A DNA stretch of 64,000 bases from a virus (taxonomy: Duplodnaviria > Caudoviricetes). The notes beneath the pieces were generated by a model that was given only the letters and a program-made list of their open reading frames with translations, did not search any database and was not told where the DNA came from. Positions 10,522-19,432 of this stretch are shown here, one piece after another. Where the stretch lies: positions 32,001-96,000 of the IMG/VR virus record IMGVR_UViG_3300028887_000080. One strand, written 5' to 3'. Position numbers and translations under genes: made by a program. How positions within the stretch are numbered: the first letter of the stretch is position 1; each line of letters starts with the position of its first letter.

Positions 10522-12492
10522 ATGGTTGACGGAAACAGAACTACGGCGAATGGAGACCAACTGCTTGTCAGCGTGAAGGAACCATATCTCAACCTGATGG
10601 AGATTTCGGGTTACGAGTATGTGGCTAAAGGCGAGACTGAAACATTGTACTATACAAAGGAGTTCAGGTGGTCTACGGACGGAATCCTCTACAACGATTG
10701 GAAACCCCTGACCAATGAAAACCTGAAGAATATACTCCTAACACCTGACAAACCTTTCTATCCCCAATACCGCCTCACGCAGAACGGCGACGGAGAACTG
10801 ACGTTCGAGAGCATCGCGCTCGAAACCGTCACGGAGGAAGGTCTTGTCACCTCAATACCGTTGTGCGGCATTGACGACAACAGCAACTGCTGTGGACGGC
10901 AGAACCTCGTGTTCGAGTGCTGCGGCGGCGGGTTCAATCCCTATTCGGTCGGAAACTCCTCCTATGTCTATACCCAACTCTCGCAGGTGGTTTCCAATAT
11001 GTTCGGTTTCTGCGTGCAATACTTCAAGACAAGCGCAGACCAACGCTCGAAGGACGTCATCCTGCACGAATACTCATTGCTCAACGTGATTGCGGAGGGG
11101 AATGTGAAGATTGTCGTGCCCGACAACCAACTGCCGACGAGGGAGATAAACTTCAACCCCCTTATGATGGACTATCCAGTGGTGTTCGAGGTGCATATCG
11201 TCAAGCAGGGGTTCAGGAGCGCTTTCGGTCAGGACGCCAAACCCGAAGTGGGGGACTATCTCTATTTCGAGCAGTATGTGAACAAGATGTACGAAGTGAA
11301 CGCTGTGTCCGAAACCGACGACTATCTTTACACAGGAGCGTATTGGAGGGTCAGTCTCGCGCAGTATCAGAAACGGAGCGCGGTCAAGTTCGAGACTCCA
11401 GAAATTGAACTTGCCACCGACACCCTCATATTCAACACCGACAAGTTCAACATCGAGGTCGAGAAACAGGAGGAGGATGTACGCAAACCTGAACAGTACA
11501 ACACGATAGGCAAGGTCGAGAACGACTATGTGCGCAGGATACTCGACAAGCGCCTGAAAATCGAAACGGAGAGTATATACAACAACTGGACGGTCATCTC
11601 CAAGCACCATTACGCGCTGAAGTCCATACCTCGCGGGCAGACCGCCATACAGTACAGGTATGACAGTGGGTGGGGTGAAAGTGACGACAGGATGTTCACT
11701 ATGTGGTTCAGACCGAAATACGCGAACCCGAATTTCATAGACTCTTCCAACAAGACCTATGCGGACTCGCAGTTTCCAAAGACCGATGTGATGGAAATAC
11801 TGAACGACGGCGGTTATGCCGTGTTCAGGGTTGAAAGTGTGAAAAACATATCGGAGGGTATGCTTGTCCGAGTGAACGGAACCAACTATCCGAAGGTTAT
11901 GAAAGTTGTGTCGGTGGACTATGAAAACAATCTGTTCAAGGTTAACAACAGGTATATTGACAACTGCATTGTGGTTAACGCCTGTGTCCTGCCTTCGCAA
12001 ACCAATGAGTTCCTTGTTTCGGAAGGAGGGTTTGCATTGTCATACGCATTCAAGTCCGTGTGTGTGTCGTTGGGCGGGAAAGACATTCTGTTCGACCTCA
12101 AGAAAAACGGGGCGGACGGTTTCGGAGGTCTTTTGGCGGACAGGTGGTGGGCGTTCGTCGTTATGGTGAAACCGTCGGAAAAGAAATGCGCATTGTGGAT
12201 ATACTCGTTGAGTTCGGGGAATCCGAACCTCCGCACGATGGATTCCGCAATCAGTCAAGTCTATTATTCTATGCAGGAAGTCCACGGAGACCTCACCGTC
12301 GGCGACGGGCATTTCGGTTTGCGTTCCTGTGCTATGGACATAACGAACATAAGGATATGGAACGAACTGTGCGAGGAAGACAAGCACAATCTCATTCTGT
12401 CGCAGTATGTCGTGAAGGATAGTCACAAGTGCGAACTCGTGGACAATGCACAACCTGAACTTATGCTCGACAAGGTAACCAATCCGAGATAG
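10522..12492 (+). CDS. Neck/head-completion protein (T4 gp14-like core) with N- and C-terminal extensions
   Basis: FEVHI.K..F...FG....PEVGDYLYF....KMYEVNAV resembles gp14; late promoter upstream; beta-rich C-terminus. Confidence 0.6.
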   Translation: MVDGNRTTANGDQLLVSVKEPYLNLMEISGYEYVAKGETETLYYTKEFRWSTDGILYNDWKPLTNENLKNILLTPDKPFYPQYRLTQNGDGELTFESIALETVTEEGLVTSIPLCGIDDNSNCCGRQNLVFECCGGGFNPYSVGNSSYVYTQLSQVVSNMFGFCVQYFKTSADQRSKDVILHEYSLLNVIAEGNVKIVVPDNQLPTREINFNPLMMDYPVVFEVHIVKQGFRSAFGQDAKPEVGDYLYFEQYVNKMYEVNAVSETDDYLYTGAYWRVSLAQYQKRSAVKFETPEIELATDTLIFNTDKFNIEVEKQEEDVRKPEQYNTIGKVENDYVRRILDKRLKIETESIYNNWTVISKHHYALKSIPRGQTAIQYRYDSGWGESDDRMFTMWFRPKYANPNFIDSSNKTYADSQFPKTDVMEILNDGGYAVFRVESVKNISEGMLVRVNGTNYPKVMKVVSVDYENNLFKVNNRYIDNCIVVNACVLPSQTNEFLVSEGGFALSYAFKSVCVSLGGKDILFDLKKNGADGFGGLLADRWWAFVVMVKPSEKKCALWIYSLSSGNPNLRTMDSAISQVYYSMQEVHGDLTVGDGHFGLRSCAMDITNIRIWNELCEEDKHNLILSQYVVKDSHKCELVDNAQPELMLDKVTNPR

Positions 12493-12560
12493 CGGAAAGC
12501 GCTGATATATCAATGATATATCCGCATATAAATATATGCGGAGCAATCATAGACATAATT

Positions 12561-13139
12561 ATGGCAGAGATAAAGAAAGCGAACCTTACATTTCCAAAAT
12601 CTTTCACGAAAAGGAAGAAAACCACTGAAATCATACTCCATTGCGCGGCAACGAAGGAGGGCGTGAACTACAGCGTGAACGCAATACACAATATGCACAT
12701 CAAGAAAGGGTGGAACGGAATTGCTTACAACTACTACATAGACCTCTACGGCACGATTTGGGAAGGTCGTCCCGAAGACTGCGTCGGGGCGCACACTACC
12801 GACCACAATTCAATCTCAATCGGCATCTGCTATTGCGGCGGCGTCGACAAGAACAACAAGGCGAAGGATACAAGGACGCCCGCGCAGACCGCCGCTATGA
12901 TTTGGCTGTGCAGATATTTGCACAAGAAATACCCGAACGCGACGTTCCACGGGCACAGGGAGTTCGCGAACAAGGCGTGCCCGTCTTTCGATGTCAAGAC
13001 TTGGATTAAGACGTTCGACCTGAATATGCCAGACAACGGATTGACGCCTGTCGTGAAGTCGACGGACAACGCAAAAAAAGTGGCGGACGCAACCACGAAG
13101 ATTATCGACAAGATTTCAAAACTGTTCAAGAAAAAATAA
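12561..13139 (+). CDS. N-acetylmuramoyl-L-alanine amidase endolysin (Amidase_2)
   Basis: IILHCAAT, GW.GIAY.YYI...G.IWEGR, GAH, SIGICY.GG, GHREFANKACPSFDV. Confidence 0.92.
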   Translation: MAEIKKANLTFPKSFTKRKKTTEIILHCAATKEGVNYSVNAIHNMHIKKGWNGIAYNYYIDLYGTIWEGRPEDCVGAHTTDHNSISIGICYCGGVDKNNKAKDTRTPAQTAAMIWLCRYLHKKYPNATFHGHREFANKACPSFDVKTWIKTFDLNMPDNGLTPVVKSTDNAKKVADATTKIIDKISKLFKKK

Positions 13140-13145
13140 ACGACT

Positions 13146-13520
13146 ATGAATACATTTTACCTATACACACCAATCTATATCAAAGACCTTTCAGAACACG
13201 GTTTCACGCTGAAGCGCGGACGCAAGTTCAACAGCACATTCCTTTTCCACAAGGAGTGCGCAATCGGTATGAACGCATATATCGACGAGGACGAAAACGG
13301 GGGATACATAGACACCCTGAACGTGACCGACGAGTGCGAGGGAGTGTTCGTCCGCCTGTACGAGGCGTTCAAACCTCAACTTATGGACGAGTTCTGGTTC
13401 ACTATGTGGAACTCCCTGAACGATGCGAACAAGACCGAAAGCGAATACAAAAGGGCATTGGACAATTCCGCATACACAGCAAGGCGTTTGGTTGAGAATG
13501 CAATGCGGAAAAACGTATAA
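13146..13520 (+). CDS. Hypothetical protein
   Basis: ORF contiguous with the endolysin gene. Confidence 0.6.
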   Translation: MNTFYLYTPIYIKDLSEHGFTLKRGRKFNSTFLFHKECAIGMNAYIDEDENGGYIDTLNVTDECEGVFVRLYEAFKPQLMDEFWFTMWNSLNDANKTESEYKRALDNSAYTARRLVENAMRKNV

Positions 13521-13544
13521 ATACAAAAAATAAATTTTGGAACT

Positions 13545-13943
13545 ATGACACACATAATGAGAATTGACGAGATGTCTGATGGTATAAAAAAATCTGAAAT
13601 TACATTTGAAGAATTGATTTCAATGACGGATAATTTTACAGTCAGGTGTTCTTTACGGAGTCGGTATGATTTTGTAATCAAAAGGGATTTTCTGTTTGAT
13701 ATTGTAAGAAAAAATGGAAATACAATCGACGCTACAATAGAGGAAATGGATTCCATTGAAGGTGAAACTAAAAAAATGGGTGTTCGTTACAAAAAGGATG
13801 TAAAAATGACATTTGATGAAACTGAAATGTCAATTTCGGCAAATGTTGTACTCGCTGATATTTTGAAAGACTTTGACAATGAATTTTTTAGGAAGAATGA
13901 ACTCATATCAATCGACATAATAGTAGGTGACGATGTTTTTTAG
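13545..13943 (+). CDS. Hypothetical late protein with capsid-targeting-like N-terminus
   Basis: MTHIMRIDEMS, near-identical to the N-terminus of 56977..57558; TATAAATA at 13516. Confidence 0.65.
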   Translation: MTHIMRIDEMSDGIKKSEITFEELISMTDNFTVRCSLRSRYDFVIKRDFLFDIVRKNGNTIDATIEEMDSIEGETKKMGVRYKKDVKMTFDETEMSISANVVLADILKDFDNEFFRKNELISIDIIVGDDVF

Positions 13944-13957
13944 ACATTCGATACAAT

Positions 13958-14006
13958 TTTGAAACAAAAAAGGGGAGCACATTGTGCCCCCTTTTTTGTT
14001 TCAAAA
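13958..14006. terminator. Bidirectional terminator between convergent units
   Basis: ttttgaaacaaaaaaggggagcac-att-gtgccccctttttttgtttcaaaa inverted repeat. Confidence 0.75.
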
Positions 14007-14130
14007 AATCCAAATTGGCAGATAAGCAGAAATCGCCGCTTTTACGGCATTTTATCTTTTTTATGTACACAGATACCATTTTTTGAACATAGTGTCCAAA
14101 ACAGGCGAAAACACGCCTAAAATTAAAAAT

Positions 14131-14643
14131 CTATACCCAAGTTATCTTTTTGTATTCTCCGTCTTCGTAGTAACCGAACGAAAAGCACATCGGGGTTAGG
14201 AAAACTGGTTCTGTGATGATGTTCTTTTTGTATTTGTCCGCATACCCCTTGTTCATATATGCGATTGTGATATGGGGTTTGTAGGTCGTGAACTCCGTGT
14301 GGAGGGTGTAGTTCGCCTTTATCGCGGAGTTTGTCGTATGAAGCGCTTGGCATACCACGCCGCATTTCAGGACGTCGTAGTTGTCGTTGCTGAACACGCT
14401 CACGTCTGAAAGCATTGTCTTGTAGTCGTTGAGAGGAAGCAGGTGCTTTTTCAACTGTTCAAGGTTGACGTCGTTGTCGAGACAGGGAGCGAGCGTGACG
14501 TGCGTCTCGGTTTCAAGTCCATAGACGAACGGTGAATCTGGGTCGCTCGGTTTGTACAGTTCATAGTCCTTGATGCTGTTTTGGATTCCCTTTATGTAGT
14601 CAGGTGTTTGGAAGTCCACCATCAAAAATGCGTATTTGTCCAT
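14131..14643 (-). CDS. 2H phosphoesterase (Acb1/gp57B-like or RNA 2',3'-cyclic phosphodiesterase)
   Basis: Two HxT motifs: THVTL and PHITI; 170 aa; located at the end of the tRNA operon. Confidence 0.8.
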   Translation of the reverse strand: MDKYAFLMVDFQTPDYIKGIQNSIKDYELYKPSDPDSPFVYGLETETHVTLAPCLDNDVNLEQLKKHLLPLNDYKTMLSDVSVFSNDNYDVLKCGVVCQALHTTNSAIKANYTLHTEFTTYKPHITIAYMNKGYADKYKKNIITEPVFLTPMCFSFGYYEDGEYKKITWV

Positions 14644-14695
14644 ATCTGTTTTTTTTATTATTGTCGGTTTGTATTTATAAACCGCTGCTTGTTAG

Positions 14696-14768
<73 letters not shown>

Positions 14769-14769
14769 T

Positions 14770-15069
14770 TTACACGTCCTTTGACATAAGGACGCCTATT
14801 TTTCCTTCCGTGAAAAGTCTTGCCTGTTCGAGCGTGCAAAAGATTGCGGGTCGTTCGTTGAACTCATTGTCTATGCAGATTGCGACTCTCGGTTCGGACG
14901 GTTCCTCCACATCCTCAAACCAACCGCTTCCGTTCATACAGACCTCGCTTTCATCATCGACCTCATATACGACATAGCGTTTTGCCGTTGAAATTTCAAT
15001 GCTTCCGTCAATGGCGGTTCCGAAAATATAGTTCACGCTTTCTTCTTTGATAATGTATTTGCTTTCCAT
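14770..15069 (-). CDS. Hypothetical protein within the tRNA operon
   Basis: 99-aa ORF with A-rich leader. Confidence 0.6.
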   Translation of the reverse strand: MESKYIIKEESVNYIFGTAIDGSIEISTAKRYVVYEVDDESEVCMNGSGWFEDVEEPSEPRVAICIDNEFNERPAIFCTLEQARLFTEGKIGVLMSKDV

Positions 15070-15095
15070 ATTCTTGATTTTTGTTTTTTAATTTG

Positions 15096-15166
15096 TTGTC
15101 GGTCAGAGGGTCGAACTCCGATTAGCGGAACCAGAATCCGCTGTGCTGCCATTACACCAACCGACA
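15096..15166 (-). tRNA. tRNA-Gln(CTG)
   Basis: gcgga-TT CTG GT-tccgc. Confidence 0.9.
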
Positions 15167-15168
15167 TT

Positions 15169-15369
15169 ACAAGACCATTTGAGACAATGCCGCCAACTCT
15201 TCCACGTCGTTTCCGATACGCTTAAACAAGGGGTTACATCAATGCTCACCCCCCAACGGACAGTACGTCCGCTGTATCCGACCCGTATCTCAAATCTTGG
15301 GGTGACGTCACTTCCCCGTGAGGACACGTTGTTCTCGGCATAGTCGTCATTGCCCACTTTGGTCATTGT
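15169..15369 (-). ncRNA. Putative ~200-nt structured RNA between tRNA-Gly and tRNA-Gln
   Basis: Ends pair (acaagacca / tggtcattgt, one bulge); internal atttgaga/tctcaaat and cggac/gtccg helices. Confidence 0.5.
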
Positions 15370-15370
15370 G

Positions 15371-15442
15371 AGCGGTGGACGGGATTTGAACCCGCAACCC
15401 CGACCTTGGCAAGGTCGTATTCTGCCGTTGAACTACCACCGC
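15371..15442 (-). tRNA. tRNA-Gly(GCC)
   Basis: cgacc-TT GCC AA-ggtcg. Confidence 0.93.
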
Positions 15443-15588
15443 ATCGTCTCTTTTCATCAGACTTCCTTGCAATATCCGAATCTTGTACTACCGGGCATCA
15501 ATAAGCACATCCGTCCTATTGACATTTTGAGACACACCCGTTTAATTGTTGTCTATCGTGAAACAATCTAAAGACCGCCTATGTGTTT

Positions 15589-15661
15589 GCAAGACCATAG
15601 GATTTGAACCTCCATTTCATCATTGGACGGATGATATTCTACCAAATTGAACTATCGCCGC
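15589..15661 (-). pseudogene. Degenerate tRNA-like element (loop CC GTC CA)
   Basis: D-loop agttcaatttggtagaa and GGTTCAAATCC present, but acceptor and T stems are mismatched. Confidence 0.55.
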
Positions 15662-15688
15662 CGGACGAAATTTTGGACATTTCGTTTG

Positions 15689-15759
15689 CAGGAGTGGAAG
15701 GACTCGAACCTCCGTCTACGGTTTTGGAGACCGTCGTTCTACCACTGAACCACACTCCT
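15689..15759 (-). tRNA. tRNA-Trp(CCA)
   Basis: acggt-CT CCA AA-accgt. Confidence 0.93.
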
Positions 15760-15785
15760 ATTCACCGTTGAACTACAGACTCAAG

Positions 15786-15868
15786 TGCGGACGGTGAGAG
15801 TCGAACTCACACGGGGATACCCCCACCACCCCCTCAAGGTGGCGCGCCTGCCATTTCGCCACGTCCGC
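15786..15868 (-). tRNA. tRNA-Leu(GAG)
   Basis: ccacc-TT GAG GG-ggtgg; long variable arm. Confidence 0.92.
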
Positions 15869-15879
15869 ATAATCTCATA

Positions 15880-16046
15880 GATGCAACCAATCACTTTCCG
15901 CTTTGGCGGTGTATTCGGACTACGGGTCGATTACCTCCGACGTCCTAATTACGTCCATTCTCTCTAACGGGCACTCGATGTCCATCAGTGAAGTTCTATT
16001 CGGGGCGTCGTCACGTTTCCCGCTACGGGTCTATATTGGTTGCATC
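15880..16046 (-). ncRNA. Putative ~167-nt structured RNA
   Basis: Perfect 12-bp closing stem gatgcaaccaat / attggttgcatc. Confidence 0.55.
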
Positions 16047-16187
16047 CGTTTAAGAAATTCGGCAAACGAGTTTTGTATCGTCATCTTAAACTAAATGTTG
16101 ACACAACCGCATCGCATTCTGCGGTCGCTTTGAAACGCCAACAATGTGCCCACAACGAAGGGTCACAAATCTTGCCGTATCCCATTG

Positions 16188-16261
16188 TACCGGCAGGTGG
16201 ATTTGAACCACCGTCTCCGCCTTATGAGGGCGGCGCAAGAAACCGACTCCGCTATGCCGAT
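16188..16261 (-). tRNA. tRNA-Met/Ile2(CAT)
   Basis: ccgcc-CT CAT AA-ggcgg. Confidence 0.88.
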
Positions 16262-16266
16262 GTTTT

Positions 16267-16432
16267 GAAAACAAAAACCAACAGGTGTTTTGATTAAACT
16301 ATGTATTCCTTTTTCTTGCTTATCGGGTCTCGATGACCCGTGGAACCCACCTCTGATTTGCCTTGCAGCGTCAGTGATTCTCTGTTGTCAATGCACGGAA
16401 CAGTTATGCCCTATCGCAATGTTTTTGTTTCC
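16267..16432 (-). ncRNA. Putative ~165-nt structured RNA
   Basis: Closing stem aaacaaaaac / gtttttgttt; internal cgggtc/gacccg hairpin. Confidence 0.4.
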
Positions 16433-16435
16433 AAG

Positions 16436-16524
16436 CGGAGGGGGTAGGATTTGAACCCACGGAACCCTTGCGGGTTCGGCGGTTTTCAAGACCGCTGCAA
16501 TAAACCAGACTCTGCCACCCCTCC
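16436..16524 (-). tRNA. tRNA-Ser(TGA)
   Basis: gcggt-CT TGA AA-accgc; long variable arm. Confidence 0.93.
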
Positions 16525-16587
16525 AAAAATACTCCTGCTTTAAGGCAAGTCAGGTGAACCTTTGATATATCATTGATATATCGCTTG

Positions 16588-16661
16588 TGGAGCGTGGGGG
16601 AGTCGAACCCCCGACCCCCTGCGTGCAAAGCAGGTGTTCTGGCCAACTGAACTAACGCCCC
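16588..16661 (-). tRNA. tRNA-Ala(TGC)
   Basis: cctgc-TT TGC AC-gcagg; G3:U70. Confidence 0.94.
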
Positions 16662-16774
16662 GTTTACAACCTTTACAGACCGTATGGTTACACACGGGAA
16701 GTATAACCGAACCATACGTCGGTGTGCGCTGAACCCGTATCCGCAAACGGCAGCAACCGTTCCTAATCGGACAT

Positions 16775-17160
16775 CACGGACTTTACTTTTTTATGCACCT
16801 CGCCTTTACAGCGGCACGCACACCATTTCACGCAAACCATAAAGATTGTGGACAGACTCTTTGGTGTTTATCGCTTTGTCTCCGACTTGCATCGTCGCAC
16901 TTGCGGTGTGCGAGACCGTGCCTTCTTTTTTATATATGTCATCCCTTCGGGCATTGGGCAGAAAGGAAAACATAATATATTTGAGAATTTCTCTCTCACG
17001 CGCTTGCGTGGTTCCTGTCGGAATGCTCCTTTCCAATACATTGCAGGGAACACGTCCCCGCGACCGACAGTGGTCGCCCATATATCATTTCAGGGCATTG
17101 CTCCGACAACGGGATGAAAAAGCAAGCGAATCTTATGTTCGCCAAAAAATAAAGTCCGTG
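16775..17160 (-). ncRNA. Putative ~386-nt large structured RNA
   Basis: 11-bp perfect closing stem cacggacttta / taaagtccgtg; several GNRA-capped hairpins on the minus strand. Confidence 0.6.
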
Positions 17161-17166
17161 TCGGAA

Positions 17167-17244
17167 TGGTAGCGCGGACGGGACTCGAACCCGCAATCTC
17201 CACCTTGAAAGGGTGGCGACTTAAACCAGTTTGTCCACCGCGCC
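17167..17244 (-). tRNA. tRNA-Glu(TTC), CCA encoded
   Basis: ccacc-CT TTC AA-ggtgg. Confidence 0.93.
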
Positions 17245-17397
17245 GTTCAGTGCGGTATAACCCGCACGTCCAACTGTTTGTTCATCTTGGAAAGTTGTCA
17301 ACCTGCACGACTTCCTTTTTTGAGTTTTCCGCGCACTGCCGAGTTGTACGGACGAAACTTGAGAATGAAAAAAAAATAGTCAAATAAAAAAACATTG

Positions 17398-17471
17398 GGT
17401 GGAGAGTGGGACTCGAACCCACGACCTACGGAACCACAATCCGCCGTTCTGCCAACTGAACTATCCCCACC
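17398..17471 (-). tRNA. tRNA-His(GTG) with encoded G-1
   Basis: gcgga-TT GTG GT-tccgt; G-1:C73. Confidence 0.93.
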
Positions 17472-17475
17472 AAAT

Positions 17476-17898
17476 AAGTGATTGATGTGTTGTTACACCA
17501 AATTCTCCGACGGCGGTTTCACGGACATCTCAACGGGCGACTAACTTGGCAACTACGCCCTGCGCCGAACTTTTCTTCATAGTTCGGACACCCCCGCTTT
17601 CGCGGTGAAGATTAAGAGCAATCTCCTCTCGTACTGTCGCTCCTTATCCGTCGTACCTGTCTCCGACACCGAATTGCACTTGCGCCACATCAAGGAGACA
17701 CCCGTGTTTCAACGGGATTTTAATTGAGGACAACCGTGTATTCGTGCTTGTGACTCCGTGAGGTTGCCCATACCGCACCAAGTTCGCTGGTATGGTGTTC
17801 TTGTGACGTAAATCAACTATGCGCATAGTAGTATGTAGTCACTACCTCTTGAAACTCTTTAGAGGATGGACACTATCAGTCCCACCTTTCAATCACTT
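17476..17898 (-). ncRNA. Putative ~423-nt large structured RNA
   Basis: 10-bp perfect closing stem aagtgattga / tcaatcactt filling the Ser-His spacer; many internal hairpins. Confidence 0.65.
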
Positions 17899-17899
17899 G

Positions 17900-17987
17900 C
17901 GGAGAGTGAGGGACTTGAACCCCCGCGCCGTTTTCACGACCTATCTGTTTAGCAAACAGACCCCTTCACCGACTTGGGTAACTCTCC
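17900..17987 (-). tRNA. tRNA-Ser(GCT)
   Basis: tctgt-TT GCT AA-acaga; long variable arm. Confidence 0.92.
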
Positions 17988-17992
17988 AAAAA

Positions 17993-18152
17993 AGCAAAAT
18001 CTTACACAAGACGAGTTGCGCTTTAACTCTCTTGTCCTTCGCTGTGGCGAGACCACGGATTGCTCCGCACTTTTGTTGTTAAACTTCCACAGACCCCATT
18101 CTCATCGGAATCCCAAGCGGAAAAGATTTTATCCGCACCCTTTGATTTTGCT
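17993..18152 (-). ncRNA. Putative ~160-nt structured RNA
   Basis: 9-bp closing stem agcaaaatc / gattttgct; internal gcgga/tccgc and acaaga/tcttgt helices. Confidence 0.5.
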
Positions 18153-18155
18153 ATG

Positions 18156-18299
18156 CTGTTATGGCGGGACTCGAACCCGCAGTACCGCAGTAATCCTGAA
18201 CCGCGGGCAACCTTTACGTCTCACTCCCAAGACTTCTAATCTGACCGACAATGGTGACGGTTTCAAGCGAGGGTTTGCCAATTCCCCTTCACATAACAG
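18156..18299 (-). ncRNA. Expanded tRNA-like RNA (~144 nt) with insertions in the anticodon and variable regions
   Basis: Acceptor ctgttatg/cataacag, Leu-like D-loop aattggcaaa, perfect T arm gcgggTTCGAGTcccgc; ~85 nt between the D and T arms. Confidence 0.7.
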
Positions 18300-18318
18300 T
18301 TGTGTGTTGATGAATTTG

Positions 18319-18397
18319 TAGGGGAGGTGGGACTCGAACCCACATACACCAATTACAGAATTAACGACTGTATATAAGACAGGACTGATACACCCCT
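18319..18397 (-). tRNA. Atypical tRNA-Ile(TAT)-like with truncated D arm and long variable region
   Basis: aggggtg/ctcccct acceptor; ctgt-CT TAT AT-acag; intact T arm. Confidence 0.7.
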
Positions 18398-18485
18398 ATG
18401 CGATGCCGAGAATCCCTGTCATAAATTTGCCCGCCAACGGCGGACACCCATCAACAGATGGGGCAAGGCATTGCTTGTGAAAGAG

Positions 18486-18559
18486 TGCTCCCAGCAGGAC
18501 TTGAACCTACGACCCCCTGATTATGAGTCAGGCGCACTAACCAACTGTGCTATGGGAGC
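18486..18559 (-). tRNA. tRNA-Met/Ile2(CAT)
   Basis: cctga-CT CAT AA-tcagg. Confidence 0.9.
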
Positions 18560-18565
18560 ATAGAA

Positions 18566-18927
18566 ACAAGGCGGTTTTTTTAGCGAGTACAAATTAACGG
18601 TTTGTTGCTTGAAAATAGTGGTTTGCGGAATCCGCCTTTATATGTTCAGTATTATGGAAAAAGAGAAAATTCAAAAAAACAAGGCAGGGGTTGTTAGCGA
18701 GTACAAATTAAAAGTTTGTTGCTTGGATAGGTTTGCTGCACCTGCCTTTATTATTCAGTATTATGGAAAGAGAAGATTCAAAAAAAAAACAAGGGAGATT
18801 TGTTGCGTTTCAAAGTTACAGTTTGATGCCTACAATGTTTGCTGAACCTCCCTTTAGATACAAGGTGATTTTTTTGCTTGGTTGAATTTGGATTTCACTT
18901 TGCAATGCGTTTGCTGCAATCACCTTT
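18566..18927 (-). ncRNA. Tandem array of four small covarying hairpin RNAs carrying anticodon stem-loop mimics (18566-18639, 18679-18749, 18789-18855, 18860-18927)
   Basis: Minus-strand consensus AAAG-stem-nnCAGCAAA...ASL...stem'-CTTGT; stems differ in sequence but keep pairing. Confidence 0.75.
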
Positions 18928-18939
18928 TTGTTTTAATTG

Positions 18940-19012
18940 TATCCCCGCAGGGACTCGAACCCCAATCTTGAGTTCCGTGGACTCACATTCTAATCCATTG
19001 AACTACGGGGAC
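18940..19012 (-). tRNA. tRNA-Arg(ACG)
   Basis: tgagt-CC ACG GA-actca (C33). Confidence 0.88.
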
Positions 19013-19117
19013 TTATATGGGCGGGGTTATCGTCATACCTTACTATAGTTATACGCCGAATATGATGTTATCCCCTGCGTAAACTTGTTCCAATGTACGG
19101 TTGGAGTTTACGTTTAG

Positions 19118-19190
19118 TGGGAAGGGGTGGAGTCGAACCACCATCATCGGATTTTCAGTCCGCTGCATAGACCTGCTTTGCTACCTTCCC
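19118..19190 (-). tRNA. tRNA-Phe(GAA)
   Basis: cgga-CT GAA AA-tccg. Confidence 0.9.
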
Positions 19191-19269
19191 GTTTTGCGGA
19201 TGTGTGTCTCGCGACAGGCGTCCGCAACTGATAAATATAAAAAAACACAAATAAAATGATTATCACAAG

Positions 19270-19340
19270 AGCGGCATATCAGAATCGAACTGACATATCC
19301 AGATTGGAAGTCTGGCGCACTGCCTTTGTGCTAATGCCGC
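19270..19340 (-). tRNA. tRNA-Gly(TCC)
   Basis: ccaga-CT TCC AA-tctgg. Confidence 0.9.
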
Positions 19341-19363
19341 GTGAGGCGCGCGTCCGCGCCCGT

Positions 19364-19427
19364 ACAAGAGGCGTGATGAAATGACTTATCCCAAAAGTTT
19401 TTCTTGTTTTTTGCCGAATGCCTCTTT
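19364..19427 (-). ncRNA. Fifth copy of the CAGCAA hairpin RNA family (ASL loop TT GGG AT)
   Basis: acaagaggc...ttgccgaatgcctcttt on the + strand. Confidence 0.65.
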
Positions 19428-19432
19428 TTTTG

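Noticed and set aside
15300-15470. HDV-like (theta) or hammerhead ribozyme at tRNA ends (tcctcac near 15320; ctgatga near 15455, minus strand)
   Set aside because: I could not build the required P1/P3 pairing or the GAAA/stem II-III core by eye. A descriptor search would be needed.
16775-17898. tmRNA or RNase P RNA identity for the large spacers
   Set aside because: No tRNA-Ala-like termini or T-arm, and no RNase P P4 consensus was seen.
18566-18927. CRISPR array interpretation of the repeated elements
   Set aside because: The repeats are not identical, they covary as RNA stems, spacing is irregular, and no cas genes are present.
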